64,000 bases of DNA from Antedon mediterranea (lineage: Eukaryota; Animalia; Echinodermata). Location: contig NC_092674.1 in assembly GCF_964355755.1 (NCBI RefSeq), forward strand, positions 20,274,001-20,338,000. Reading direction: 5' to 3'. The notes beneath the pieces are model-generated. The model did not search any database, had not been told where the DNA came from, and saw only the letters and a program-made list of their open reading frames with translations. How positions within the stretch are numbered: the first letter of the stretch is position 1; each line of letters starts with the position of its first letter. The translations under genes were made by a program, and so were the position numbers. Of the stretch, positions 13,036 through 25,347 are shown in pieces.

Positions 13036-14459
13036 ATGAATGAAAAGAGAAAAAGTGGAGGTATGTACTGTGCTGCAATTAATTGTAAAAGCAATTCAAA
13101 GGCCAACCCAGAACTTAAGCTTTACAATTTTCCCAAAGACAAGAACAGGTAAATTTATGTAATTAAATAAGTAGCCTACATCTTAACATATGCTATGTAG
13201 GCCTAGGGACTAATCTTACTTTACTGTATTCAATTTAAACATATACTAATAAACTAGGCTGGCTAGGTAGGCCTATTATTAATAATTATTATTTACACGT
13301 ATGAAATGATTATTAGTATCATTATTAGGCTACTACTAGTACATTATAGTTGGTTATATTACTTATCCTTTAAAATTTAGTACCCTTAACAAACAATTTT
13401 TAAAACTTTCAATTCAAGAAACATTTATTGACCAAATATATATCATTACAATTGTTGGCATATAAGTAAAAATTAGGTCGAAAGACTACAAGAAGCCGGC
13501 CCAATTGGCATGTCGCTGTAGGCCTAGTCCCTCTTTTTCCATTATACAAATGATAATAATAATAATACTTAATATAAACAAATTGTGGTCTTGATTATTT
13601 CATGCTTTCCGTCTCATGGTTAATATTATTTGCTTTCTGTCTCATGGTTATTTTATTTCGTTTAATTTAACTAGCCGTTACATACATTACAGTATATTAA
13701 CGCATGAAATGATTATTATTATCATTATTAGGCTAGGACATTAGTTATAATAACAGTGAAATTACACTATTTGTATTGTTCCCTGGTTATATTACTTATC
13801 CGTTGAGTAGCCCTAACAAACAATTTTTAATTGAATCTTATACTTAATATTTATGAAATTCAACCGTTAGTTGGTTAGTGGTTTTAGGTTAGGCTTAAGT
13901 ATTTGATTTTAGGCCCTAACCAATTTGAAAATCAATTAGCATGCACGTAGACGTCCTATAATTACGTAAACGTTAATTATGATAAAGCAAAAACTCACTA
14001 GACAATTATTAATTTACAGGTGTGCAAAATGGGCCCAGAACACACACGACGCGCGGATTTGAGAACGAAACCAAGTTCCTATTTACACCGTAATTGCCAC
14101 TTGTGCAATATTCATTTCGAAGAATCTCAAATACTGATGTTCACAACAAAAAGATTGTATGGAATGCATTCCCTACAATATTTGATCCACCACACCAAGT
14201 AGTTAATGTCCTATCTATCTGTGAAAAGATTTTTGTTTTTAACTTTAACAAATACTTACATACATCAAACATCAGCAGAAAAATAAAGTTAAAAATCGCT
14301 ACCATGTTACATAGATTTGGTATGAAGTTGAATCTTTGTTCACCAGCAATTGAAACATTGCTAATTGAAACGTATGTAAACCTACGCATATTCTTCAACA
14401 GAGACATAATCAGTGATAAGAAGAAGAGTAATAAATTAATTAAAGTATCACATTTATGA
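13036..14459 (+). pseudogene. THAP-domain / P-transposase remnant (2 exons, frameshifted, catalytic core missing)
   Basis: Exon 13036-13148 MNEKRKSGGMYCAAINCKSNSKANPELKLYNFPKDKN; GT-AG intron to 14019; then RCAKWAQNT / RRADL..LCNIHFEESQ / NAFPTIFD (C2CH THAP and AVPTIF-like box) over two frameshifts, joined to a transposase-like tail LIETYVNLRIFFN..KLIKVSHL*. Confidence 0.8.
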
Positions 14460-14777
14460 GGTATGGTAAAGTTGTAGGAGGTCTGTACGCGCTCCGGTCT
14501 GTGCATTATCGGCTAGAAATGATGATCATTACGACGGTCTGGTATGATGATTGAATAATTGTAAATATGATGATTTTATTTCAATGTTACTACATTTTTT
14601 ATATTTCCTCTCGGTGGCCCGTGCGCGATTTTTTTTTTCGTACATAAGTTGGGGACCCCCTCATGAAACGTCACAAAATAAACATGAATAATTCATCAGT
14701 TAAATTTTCTTGTTCCGTGTGCACCCATGCGTATAGCAACAAGAAGTGATTACACAAGTGCGGTACTTGTCTAGGCC

Positions 14778-17700
14778 CAGTCGGAGAGCCGCGTTGGGAA
14801 ATATGACCGTTATCGCGAAATTTTTTACTTCGCATGACGTCATTAATTTTAGAAGCCCTCTCTCGGCACAGAGGCATCAACGTTTCGCGCGAAAACATTA
14901 GCATAAAGTATACGTCATTTTATAGCTGTTTAATAAACATTAATAAGCGAAAAATTAACCATATATGGTAAGATCAGTTCCTTATATGTTTAAGATGTCG
15001 CAGGTCACCTAATTTTCGGAATAATTTGTTGGAGTTGTTGTCAGTGACAGTTTCTTTCCAAAGTTCGTGTGCAGCCGTCAAAGCTGAAGTTTTCTAACTT
15101 GTGTTTGTTTACAAACTTTCCATTAGTGGGATTTGCATCCCATACAGTGAATTACCAAAAAATCGGCGTATATGGATAGAGTAAGTATCAATAGTCTGTT
15201 TTACGTTAAAAGTGGCTTGAAACCCTATTTAAGCTTCTTACAGCGAACATTTTAAAAAAGGTCCTCATTTCACATAAGGCCAAATAAAAAAATATACTTG
15301 TTAAGCGTCACACCTTCATAAATTTTCAGGGGCGGGGGGACGGTTTTTTTTTTTTTTTTTTTACTTTTTATAGAGGTATATTTTTGCGCGGTGGACGTTT
15401 TGCCCCACTTTTTTAGGACGAAACGTCAAACTTTTAAAATGCGAAACAGAACAAAATTGACTATGTATGAAATATTATTGCTTATGACAAAATTGAGTTT
15501 TGTATTGTTTATATCCAGACGTAATTAAAACATTAAATTTAATTGCCACCAAGCGAAATTGTAGGCCTTAGGCTAACTAATCCGTCCAAGGTGCTACCCC
15601 AACCTCACTCATCGGCCATCCGCCGTCTCTCGCTCGACTCATCTATCCAGGAAATTCCCTATCGCGAGAAGCATGATTTGGTCTCAATAATACTAAATAG
15701 TGGGCTGATTTATAGTTTGAAAACAGCTTACGGCATTTCTTAAGTGAATTTTTATTCAACGTATTCATTCTTCTTTGATGAATCCTTTGCCAATTGCTGT
15801 GTAAATCAGTATTTAAAGTTGTGATGCAAAAAGTGTATGGAAACCCATCGCCCAACAGGACCTCGTGGTGTGCCGATCTCGAGCGCGAGATCATCGTAAA
15901 CAAAATTGGTAGAGTCCATTATGTATGGGGTGTTTCCTATTTACGAACCTATAAAAAAACGCGCTTCGACCACTGTGTAGGCAAAATATTTATTTCGTTA
16001 AATCCCTAAATTGATAATCGCGTATTCTGTAATCACGTGACTGATGATGTAATCCTCAGCGACGTACTAAATGCACATGATTTAATGTGTTGGGGAAAAA
16101 GCTTGCTGTTTACCACATTACATGATTCACGGTGCTATTCGCGTTTCCTTTACGTAAATCGGCGGCGTGTAAATGAAACAATTGTTTTCACCAATTTGCC
16201 GTTGTCGACATAGAGCGATCGGCGGCTAGCGTTGTCTAAGCTAAAAAGTATGTATTTTTTCAAAAATTACACTAGCCTAACAAACATTTGCTAGTTTTGA
16301 AATTTTCAAATAGCAATTATGAAGAATCTACTAGCAAAATGCTAGTTTGCTAGCATGAATTTCGAGCCCTACTCTGGAGCTGGGTCGGGCCGCTGAACTT
16401 TCCGTTGTATATCGGTAAAAAAAAAATAAAAATAAAAAGAGAGGCGGCTGGATAATGAGGAGCGGGCGGTGACGCTTAACAAGTATGTTTTTTTATTTGG
16501 CCTAATTGTTACGTCTCGCGGCACTATTTCCGTCGTGTGTGGTGCATGGTGTGTTGATTGGGGTTGTTGCAGGTGTGGGTGTGTGCACGACCTGGTGGAT
16601 CGTTGTCGTAATATCGGCCTAGAGGCTTAGCCTTAGTAACATGTTGATAATTAAAATACTTTAGTTACAATTTAGTATTATTAAAGTTTCGTTACAATCC
16701 TACTCTATATTGAAGATGCGTTGGGAAGGTTTTAAAAAGATAATTAAGCCAATCGCAGCCTGACATAGTTAAATATCCTCATTATTGGCAACTGATGTAC
16801 AATTTATTTACTGTATTAATAATTATACAATAAATATACAGACACAAGGAAGTTTTGTGTTTAGTGCTTTTTTTATGGTAGGCCTACAGTACAGTCATAT
16901 TATCTGAATATGTTTTCAGGTTGTGGAATAATTATATAATTACAGTATTTAAGAAAATGTTTTCGTCATAGTGACAATTATTTAAATAGTTCTTTACATT
17001 TCAGCTATTCATTTTCATTTCAGGTTTTTTGTTGGTATCAAGATTCTCTATCTCGTTCTTCAATATGAGGTTGGACGGTGGAAGCTGTAAAGTGGTTTTC
17101 TCGATTTCAATATCATTGCTGATAGTTTTTCATTTTATTCGCTAATATAACATATAAATTTATATTCATTTAAGTTGTAGAAGTGTTTCAGATCAGTAAA
17201 TTTTTATAAAGATATAAATTAAGTTGCAATTGATTGATTGATTTACTTTATTAACCAGAGTCGCACAGATGCATACAATATAAACATAAAACAATCATAA
17301 AATCAGTACAACAGTAAGACTCAAGTAAAAATGATATCTCAAAAAGTACATATGGTGGCATATTTTATATTTACAGTATTAGGCCTAGCTAGTTTGTTAT
17401 GTCTGATGAACAAGGTGCTATTAGAAGCAAGTTTTTATATACAGTAGTTGTATTTACTATTTGTATCAGTATTGTTTGAAAGGTTGTATTTTTTCACATT
17501 CTGTATATGTATACATAAAAAGAAAAAATTAATTGCTTGTGTGAAATGTAAGTTGTATCTAATAAAGTAATAGAATATTTCTGTATAAATGTGTGAAATT
17601 TACTGCCAGATATTGATATACTGTACTTATAAGTACCAACCAATTAACAAAACTCAAGTAAATGATGGGCTAATAATTATCTTTTTTTAAAACATGACCA

Positions 17701-18712
17701 TATAAAAATACATGGTTGAGTCTCTCAAACAAAAGATGCCTGATTTTATAAATAACATTTCCCACCATATTTATATATAAATTGAAAATGGGTTATTTTT
17801 TGGCACTTTGTTTTTCAATTTATTGTTTTTTAACAGTTTTTGTAATTTTTTCTGGGCCTAGGTTCTTCTTCAGGCTTCTTCTTGCTTGGTATATGAGCTG
17901 GGATAGACCTACCAGCCTAGATTATGGAATACCCAGATTATGTCTACTTCTACTCCAGCTACTATAGGCCCTATAACACAAACTACTATCAGTATCAGAA
18001 TTTAACTGCCTAACTAGGCCTAGAAAATACTATTTTTAGGCCTAGCTAGGCTAGAAGTTAAGTAAGTAATTATAGTAGCTAGTCTAAGTAGGTCTTTCCT
18101 AGCTCAGAAACCAAATAGAACAATAATCGGGCAGCAGATTGAAACCTTAGGCCTGTGACGCAGTACGCCTGCATGAACAACCGGATTAAACAGGGACACG
18201 ATTCGGTCCGGGTCGATTCGTACCAGCTTCGTAAAACGTAAACAAAGTTTCAAAATGGCGGTTTTTCGATCGTAACTGAACAGAAATGTAGCAGGTTTGG
18301 TTTGATTAGTGGGAGTTGCATCCCAAGAAAGCTAAAAATTAGATTTTTATTTTAATAGATAGCTTAATAGTTTATCTTGAAAGGATTTTAAATTCGCTTT
18401 GAAACCTTATCTAGAAAATATGAAATTTAATGATTTTTTACCATCATTTAAAAAAAAATATAAATAAAAAAGTTTATACACAAAATAATGATATTTCTCG
18501 AAACAAAAAAACTGTGGAATTTAGATCACAGTTTTTATCATTATTTACGCTTGTAGTTCAACTATTGAAATACGTTTATTGATTTCATCTAATATCAAAA
18601 TTATACAATTTTCAAAGTGTACTAAAATAGCAAAAATTCCAACATTTTCCACGAAGCGCGCCCTCACAATGAATGAAATCAGTGATGCGTTACCAACGCG
18701 GCTTTCCGACTG
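14778..18712. mobile_element. Element J: CAGT-ended DNA transposon inside I
   Basis: TIR cagtcggagagccgcgttgg / ccaacgcggctttccgactg; 5-bp TSD aggcc; the empty site ctaggcctatctccgctg is seen in copy E. Confidence 0.85.
15278..16502. mobile_element. Element L: PIF/Harbinger-like non-autonomous element inside J
   Basis: TAA-ggccaaataaaaaaatatacttgttaagcgtcac ... gtgacgcttaacaagtatgtt..atttggcc-TAA. Confidence 0.8.
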
Positions 18713-20406
18713 AGGCCTATCTCCGCTGTTCATAGAAGAATAGCGGCGTTTTGTGTGGATTGTCGAAATAATCAGCCTTTGTTTTGGTGTTTTTAATATA
18801 ATTTATTACTAAAGAATTACGTGTTAAAATTATAGTTTCTATTAATACTATAGGCCTAATTATTAGTCTCTAAACCCATGTCTATTCTAGTAGTAGCTGT
18901 GTGGGTACGGTGTGTGTGTGTGTGACGTGTGTGTGTTAGGTATGACACAATCCGAGTAATAAGTCAGCAAAATTAAAAATTAAACATTAATACACAAAAA
19001 TACATTTTTTATTCTCGTGGGTCTAATCTAATCTTCCCATCTCATGTGTTCATATACGCGCATTTTTAAAGTTCCTTTGAGTTCATGCATATTGTTTGAT
19101 AATAAAATAGCAGAATTAAAAAAATACAGTACACAAATTATACACATTCTTTATTCTTGTGGGTCTAAGCTTTCTTTGGGCTACGTCCAATGAATTACTA
19201 CTTAGTTTAATGTCTTGCCTAGCTGTCGATTAGCCTCGACTCGACACATATTGTGTGAAGAATAGTGCGCGAAGGCAATCACGTGAATTGACCTAGAATC
19301 CTAGGCCTACTGTAGAAAGAATCGTATCGCAGTTGTTCGTGTAATCACTTCTTGTTGCTATACGCTTGGGTGCACACGGAACAACAAATTTAACTGATGA
19401 ATTATTCATGTTTATTTTTGTGACGTTTCATGAGGGGTCCCCAACTTATGTACGAAAAAAAAAATCGCGGCCCGTGCATCATTTCGCAATAGTTATTGAG
19501 TTAATTTTAAACTGAGACTACTATAACATAACTTATTGTTATCTCAGGTTTTATATAAATTATAATAATAAATGAATGTCATGGCGAATGATGGGTACAT
19601 AATACAGTAGGCCTAGTATGAATTGTCTCAGAATTGACTATCATAATTTCTGTTTCATATCATGCCTGTAGGCTTAAGCCTATGATTGTTTATAAATATA
19701 TTCCGAAAAATTACTGCAATAAAATAGTCGAAGTAGTGATTTTAAAAAGTGACTTCTTGTTCTTTTTTAATTGTTTATAACACACTATTTGACTAATATA
19801 TTTTCCTAATCTGCACTGTTTTGCTGCTGGATGAAAAAGAAGAAAACATCAAGAACAAAAACGGAATACGATGCGCTTAGTGTTAATACCAGAGCCGACT
19901 CGCATAAATAAGTAGTAGTGCGGATGATGTGAGTGATGATTACTCCTAGATGATGATTTTGAAGATGATGATAAACATTCAATAATAACAACAATATTCA
20001 TTAACTAAAACAAATATATATACAAAGTACAGGAAATAAGTATATCATTATAATTTAATCGCACATTACCACAATTATTGTGATGAAAAAAATTGAGTTT
20101 TCAGTTACGGTACAATACAGTAGACCTATCTGATCCATAAATCTACTTGTTTGAGCGAGAGGGCGCCCTATAAAATGAGCTCCATGTGTGTTACATGAAT
20201 TGCACGTAAAATTCCGAGTGTCCCATCTTTAGTATATAAGATCTTTGCTATTATGGACAACACAATGGATGGCGCACTACTCAAATAAACTCGCCTATTG
20301 TGGATAAAAAGTCGCCTATTTTGGACAGCCAATTATGAAAGTTACCTATTATGGACAAAAAACAGCGCCCTCTAGTCCCTATTATGGACAGAAAGTCCCC
20401 TATTAT

Positions 20407-23101
20407 CAGTGGGACAGCCAGTCGACAAATCGTGTCAAATTTCGACTCGGAGAGGGCGCCCTACTTTTCTAATTTAGTTCAAAATTGCTAAATTTTAGGG
20501 TGTTGGAAAAACACAATATTTGTAAATTTAGCTGATTATCGGAAAAATATTGTTAGTGAAATAAATTCATAAATGGTTTTAATATATTGTCATGTAAAAT
20601 TAAATGTATTTGAACAAAACGATAATCTGTAATTTAACGGCAAAATCAATCAATGTCTTTTTTCCGAAATTGTACCCTAGAAAATTGTTAAAGACCCCTT
20701 CCCTGCAATTTTGGACGTTTTTTGGAAAATAATACATATATATCACTTTAAAAACATTAAAACATGTCATTTCTTGTCTTAAATGTACGTTTTATGGTAA
20801 ATTATGATAAAAAGTGAGAAACAATGCACTACCTAAGTAGCTCGCGGCGATCGACCTCTCGTGGACGGTCTTAGGCCTAGCCTAGCTAGGCTTATTTTGT
20901 AGGCCTAGCTGGTAAACATCGGTAACGTACGAACATCGTACGCGAGCTATATACCTAGCCTGACGTTGTATAGTTGCTGCATTAGTTGTCTTTCTTTTTT
21001 TGCCAGACTCCGTTGATACAAATTGGGGAAAACCCGGTATTTTCGCTGAAAAGTTAGGAGTCTTCCATTTGTTTTGGCCTCACGATCGATCGAAAAGTGG
21101 GCGAATTACAGGTGAAAAACAAAAATATCAATCCGCGCGCAATGCATTTTGGGATTTATAGCGGGCCGCTATAATTATTAGAATCGACTTATTTTTCACA
21201 TTTTTAACCGTTTAAAGACGAAAAAAGTTATCGCAATAGGACCATATAGTATTATTTTTACATTAAATATAGTTTGTGATCTTAAATTAGATCTAAAAAA
21301 CGTAGGGAATGGGGCTTTAAAATAAAATATTTAGAAAAATTGAACAGTCCTGAATTTAAAATCCCTGTTAGAAAAATTAATAATCTACAGAATACAATAT
21401 TAAGATACAAAATTCGGTGGTTGGGATGCAGCTCCGACTATTCAAACTAAAGGTACCACTATTTGTTCCATCGAAAACTAGCGAAACCGCCATTTTGTAA
21501 ACACATCGTCATCGTGTTTATGAATTTATTTATAGCGAACGATATACGCGATGTTTATAATTGTCCGCGTATAAGAATTCATATAAATAAATACATTCCA
21601 ATACAGTATACATTTTAGTTGAGGAATATTTATCATAACTATTATAATAGCTTTTATACGAGTCCGAGGCCTAGCCCTATTAGCGAGCGATTGTTCCAGG
21701 GGCGGAAAGTCACTTAGTGACGTTGTGATCGAGCGCGTCGGGCCTAGCTAATATTAATAATATGACCTGAAATAAGCGGCTAACAAGAACTGTTATATAC
21801 TTGCTTACAATTGTTTTGTTATTGATGAACAAACAAGCAATTAGATTGAATAACAAATTATTTATTCATTTTTTTGGGGTAAAAACATGTACAAACTAGT
21901 ACTGTATAATATAAATTAATAGTAATATTAAAATACAGTATTAATAAAATATAAAATAGGCCTAACATACAATAAATATTCAATTTTTAAGGTCTACCAC
22001 ATGACAATAACATAATTTACAGAGTATAGTGTAGTAGGTTTGCATTCAACATAAATATTTGTATTGTAATTCATCTAAATCCTCTGCAACATACATATAT
22101 TTGTAATTCAACATTTTGTTTTAAATAATTAAATTATAGTTTGGGTATGACAATGTCGGTAGGTACCGGTGTCATCTTTTTATCCACTTCACTCTCAGTT
22201 TGAAGTCACAAAGACAAAGAGCTCTGCATCATCAACGATTCCTGAAAATAAATATTATTTAAAAAAAAATGTTAATGTCAAATGGAAGCTGTATTTTATT
22301 AATTAATTATTACAGTATTTGCTATTATTATTTATATAATCTAGGCCTACTAGTAACCTAGCTAGGCATCTATTGAGCCTAATAAATCAAATAATAAATG
22401 AAAAATTAAATAATAATATTAATACTGATTGAAAAAAAGTATTTTTTTGGGGGGATCAGATCACCAGGCTAGGCCGGCCAGGACCAATGATACTCGTAAT
22501 CAGTACAACTTAACGACTATCGGATCAGCATCAACACAGTACAACACACGTCTCGCTATCGCCTATACTGACACACGTGTCTCGCGTTGCCGAAACCACG
22601 CTCACAGCTAGAAAATGTACCTACCTTTCGAGGCCTGAGAATACACCAACAAATTTTGAACAGGATAGAAATATATCATACTCGATTAAACTAATATTAT
22701 TCTTGATAAAACAATTGATTATAATCTTTTTAATTTGTTGGGATGCACCTCCGACTATTCAGAAAATGGACAACAAAACAGTAGTCAAATCGTACCACAT
22801 TTATAAATTTCACGAGTCCCGACTTCAGTCGCCGAATGTATTGTATTAGCTTCGGTTTCTTTGAAGGAAACCGATTGGTTATTCAATTATACTTATTAGG
22901 AAATGATTTTACCATAATAGGTAATGTTGGGCGGTTCTTAAATATTCATGAGAGCTTAAAATAAAACAGCACTTATTTGCTAGGCGACGAAAAATCGTGG
23001 TTTCAGTTTTCAACGATAGGTGGCGCTTCAAAATCGTCAATGCGGAAGTAAGTCGATTTTACACGATTTAACGGTCAAAACGCGAAGTCGCTTTCCCACT
23101 G
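20407..23101. mobile_element. Element K: CAGT-ended DNA transposon in the right arm of A
   Basis: Imperfect TIR cagtgggacagc..aaatcgtgtcaaat / attttacacgattt..gctttcccactg; ttat duplicated; shares the tgggatgca.ctcc motif with J. Confidence 0.65.
20692..21316. mobile_element. Kolobok-like non-autonomous element inside K
   Basis: TTAA-agaccccttccct ... agggaatggggct-TTAA; same family as the unit triplicated at 29.5-31.6 kb. Confidence 0.7.
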
Positions 23102-25347
23102 TTATGGACAGAAAAGTAACCTATTATGGACAGATTTCACCAACCCTATTGAAGTTATCGGTCTATGTTTAGAGGTTGTGCTGCTCCTTTAGTTTTGCTA
23201 AGTAGCGAGGAAAAGCCAACAACGACAGATGTCAAAATATATCAAGGAAAACTATATTCGGAGACACAGAGAGGGCTCTCTTTCTGTAGATTTGAATGTG
23301 CATATTATTTAAAATGTCACTAAAAATCGCACAATCGGACAATTGATTTAATTTATTAAAACAAATATTAAAAAAAAATGATAATAATATTTATTGAAGC
23401 TACAACTTTACAACGGTGTATAAAATGATGTATAAAAATCGAATTGAATAAAATGAATGAATAAAGGTGGTGGTTAACCATGAAAGATAAAAAAAGACTA
23501 CTACTACCACAGCGATCGTGTCGGTGGGTTAATTATTGTTGTATTGATTTTGTATCTGTTCGTTATCTATATATTTATGTTAAGAACGCACCGTGTATGA
23601 ACGTGTGCCACTGTTGTAAAGGTTTAGCTTGAATAAATATTATTATTATTATTACTTGATATTTTGGTTCATGTTAAAAGAATACAGAGGGCGTGCTATT
23701 TCGTATCTCGTATGAAAGATACAGGTAAGTCAGATTTTAATATAATAAGCTTGTGTGACTGAGCAAGAAGACTAATAGGCATGTTCTTTCAGTATATACA
23801 AATTAACAACGAACAATTATTGCTTTTCTTTTTTGCTTGCTTTGTTTTTTAGCGTATAGCGTTCACAATTTTTAGGTTATCGTCCTGAATTTGTTTTATT
23901 AAAAAGAAGTTACTCATTTGTTCTAGGATTATCCTCGCCATTATGGATAGCTTCTCTAGTATGCGTAAATCACTGGTTTGTAGTTTTACGTTGTATATTT
24001 CCGTCATATACTATTCTTCAGAAGCGTCTGAGAGTGAGATGTATTGAAATGCAATATAAACAACAAAACAACTCGTTAAGCTGTTTAATCTCATTTTTTA
24101 ATATTGAACGACGCTCAGATTTAATGCTTTTAAAGCTCAAAATATTTATAGTGTTATCGTTATTGTATAATATTCCACAGCAAACAATTTAACGTTCAAA
24201 TGACGTTATTTTGAATGTTACTGTAGTTACGTTTTTTAATATTAGACAGTAACGTCACACTGCGCGTTAACATGAGACCACAAGATCTTTCAAGTATTTA
24301 GATGGTAAAATTTACATCTATAAAAATCAATGATTATGCCTATTATAGAATATTGTGGAAAGAAATATTTAAATTTGTTTGTAAATTTGTAAAGTTCGCC
24401 TTCACAAACCCCACCGCCGACGGTCTCCATCGTGTCTACATTTGCATATCCACCAGAATTGTTAATTTGCATAACAACTTCTATGTGACACAGTGTATAG
24501 TATTGAAATATATTTACATATTAAGCAGACATGGCCACCTCTGTTTATTTAATACAGTCTCATAATAGCACAATATACTTTAGTTAAACATGAAACTAGC
24601 TTTCTTACTGTTTTTTATATAGCAATTAACCATTATTTCAAGAGAGACACACCTATTTGTTAATGGTTTGTAACTTTTAACGGTTCATTTAAATTGTTAT
24701 TCCGAGTTATTTTATCCAACACAGTAACATTTCTGCTAACAGAGAAGGCCTGCAGTAAAATCTGTACTACCACTACAGTTTACATTGCCTCATAGAAATA
24801 TAGGATTTAAATCTGAAAAATTACTGGAATAGGCTTCATTCAAAACTATTTATATTACTGTTTAGCATGATTTAATTATAAGAATTGTATTATTATTATT
24901 TAAAACTATGTAGGCCTACGTGTAAAATAAAAAAGGTATAACATGTGTAAAGTTTGCACAATCCTTTGGGTTTCCCTTTCTTCTTAAAAAATTAAAATTA
25001 ATAAAATATAAACTTACTTACTTACTTGTTACTTGTTTGCATAGCTATCCCCATTATTGGGGACATTTCGTCGTCATTGACATTATGTTGACATAGCACA
25101 ACAATGAGAGACATTAATTTTGATGAGAAGGTCATCAAATTTAGTATTACTAAATAGTATTAATTACGGTCCACGATTAGTATTACTGTACATTGCCTCT
25201 TATCAATTCTTTATTCTTTCTTTATTAAAAACAAACCAATTGGCAGCAAATCTGCTGAATTGCATGGTAAGGGACAATATACATTCAAAAGACAAGTAAA
25301 GTAATAGAATTTCTATGTTTTTCCTAAAACAAATGATAATAAATGAT

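Larger units (their letters stand above)
14625..19468. mobile_element. Element I: MULE-like element (family of E) inside G
   Basis: Same TIR as E; perfect 9-bp TSD ggcccgtgc (14616-14624, 19469-19477). Confidence 0.88.
10593..20247 (+). mobile_element. Element G: internally deleted P-element-family transposon
   Basis: TIR caaagatctt/aagatctttg, subterminal inverted repeat gcgcccccctcgcttaaacaagta / tacttgtttgagcgagagggcgc, ctatta-containing duplication at both ends, THAP-transposase remnant inside. Confidence 0.75.
3189..23151. mobile_element. Element A: long-TIR foldback (MULE-like), host of the nested cluster
   Basis: Ends gggttggtgaaatctgtc / gacagatttcaccaaccc. Arms 3193-3308+7883-8180 are the inverse of 10275-10560+20248-20372+23106-23146. 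Direct repeat aagttatcg at 3180-3188 and 23152-23160. About 3 kb once inserts are removed. Confidence 0.7.
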
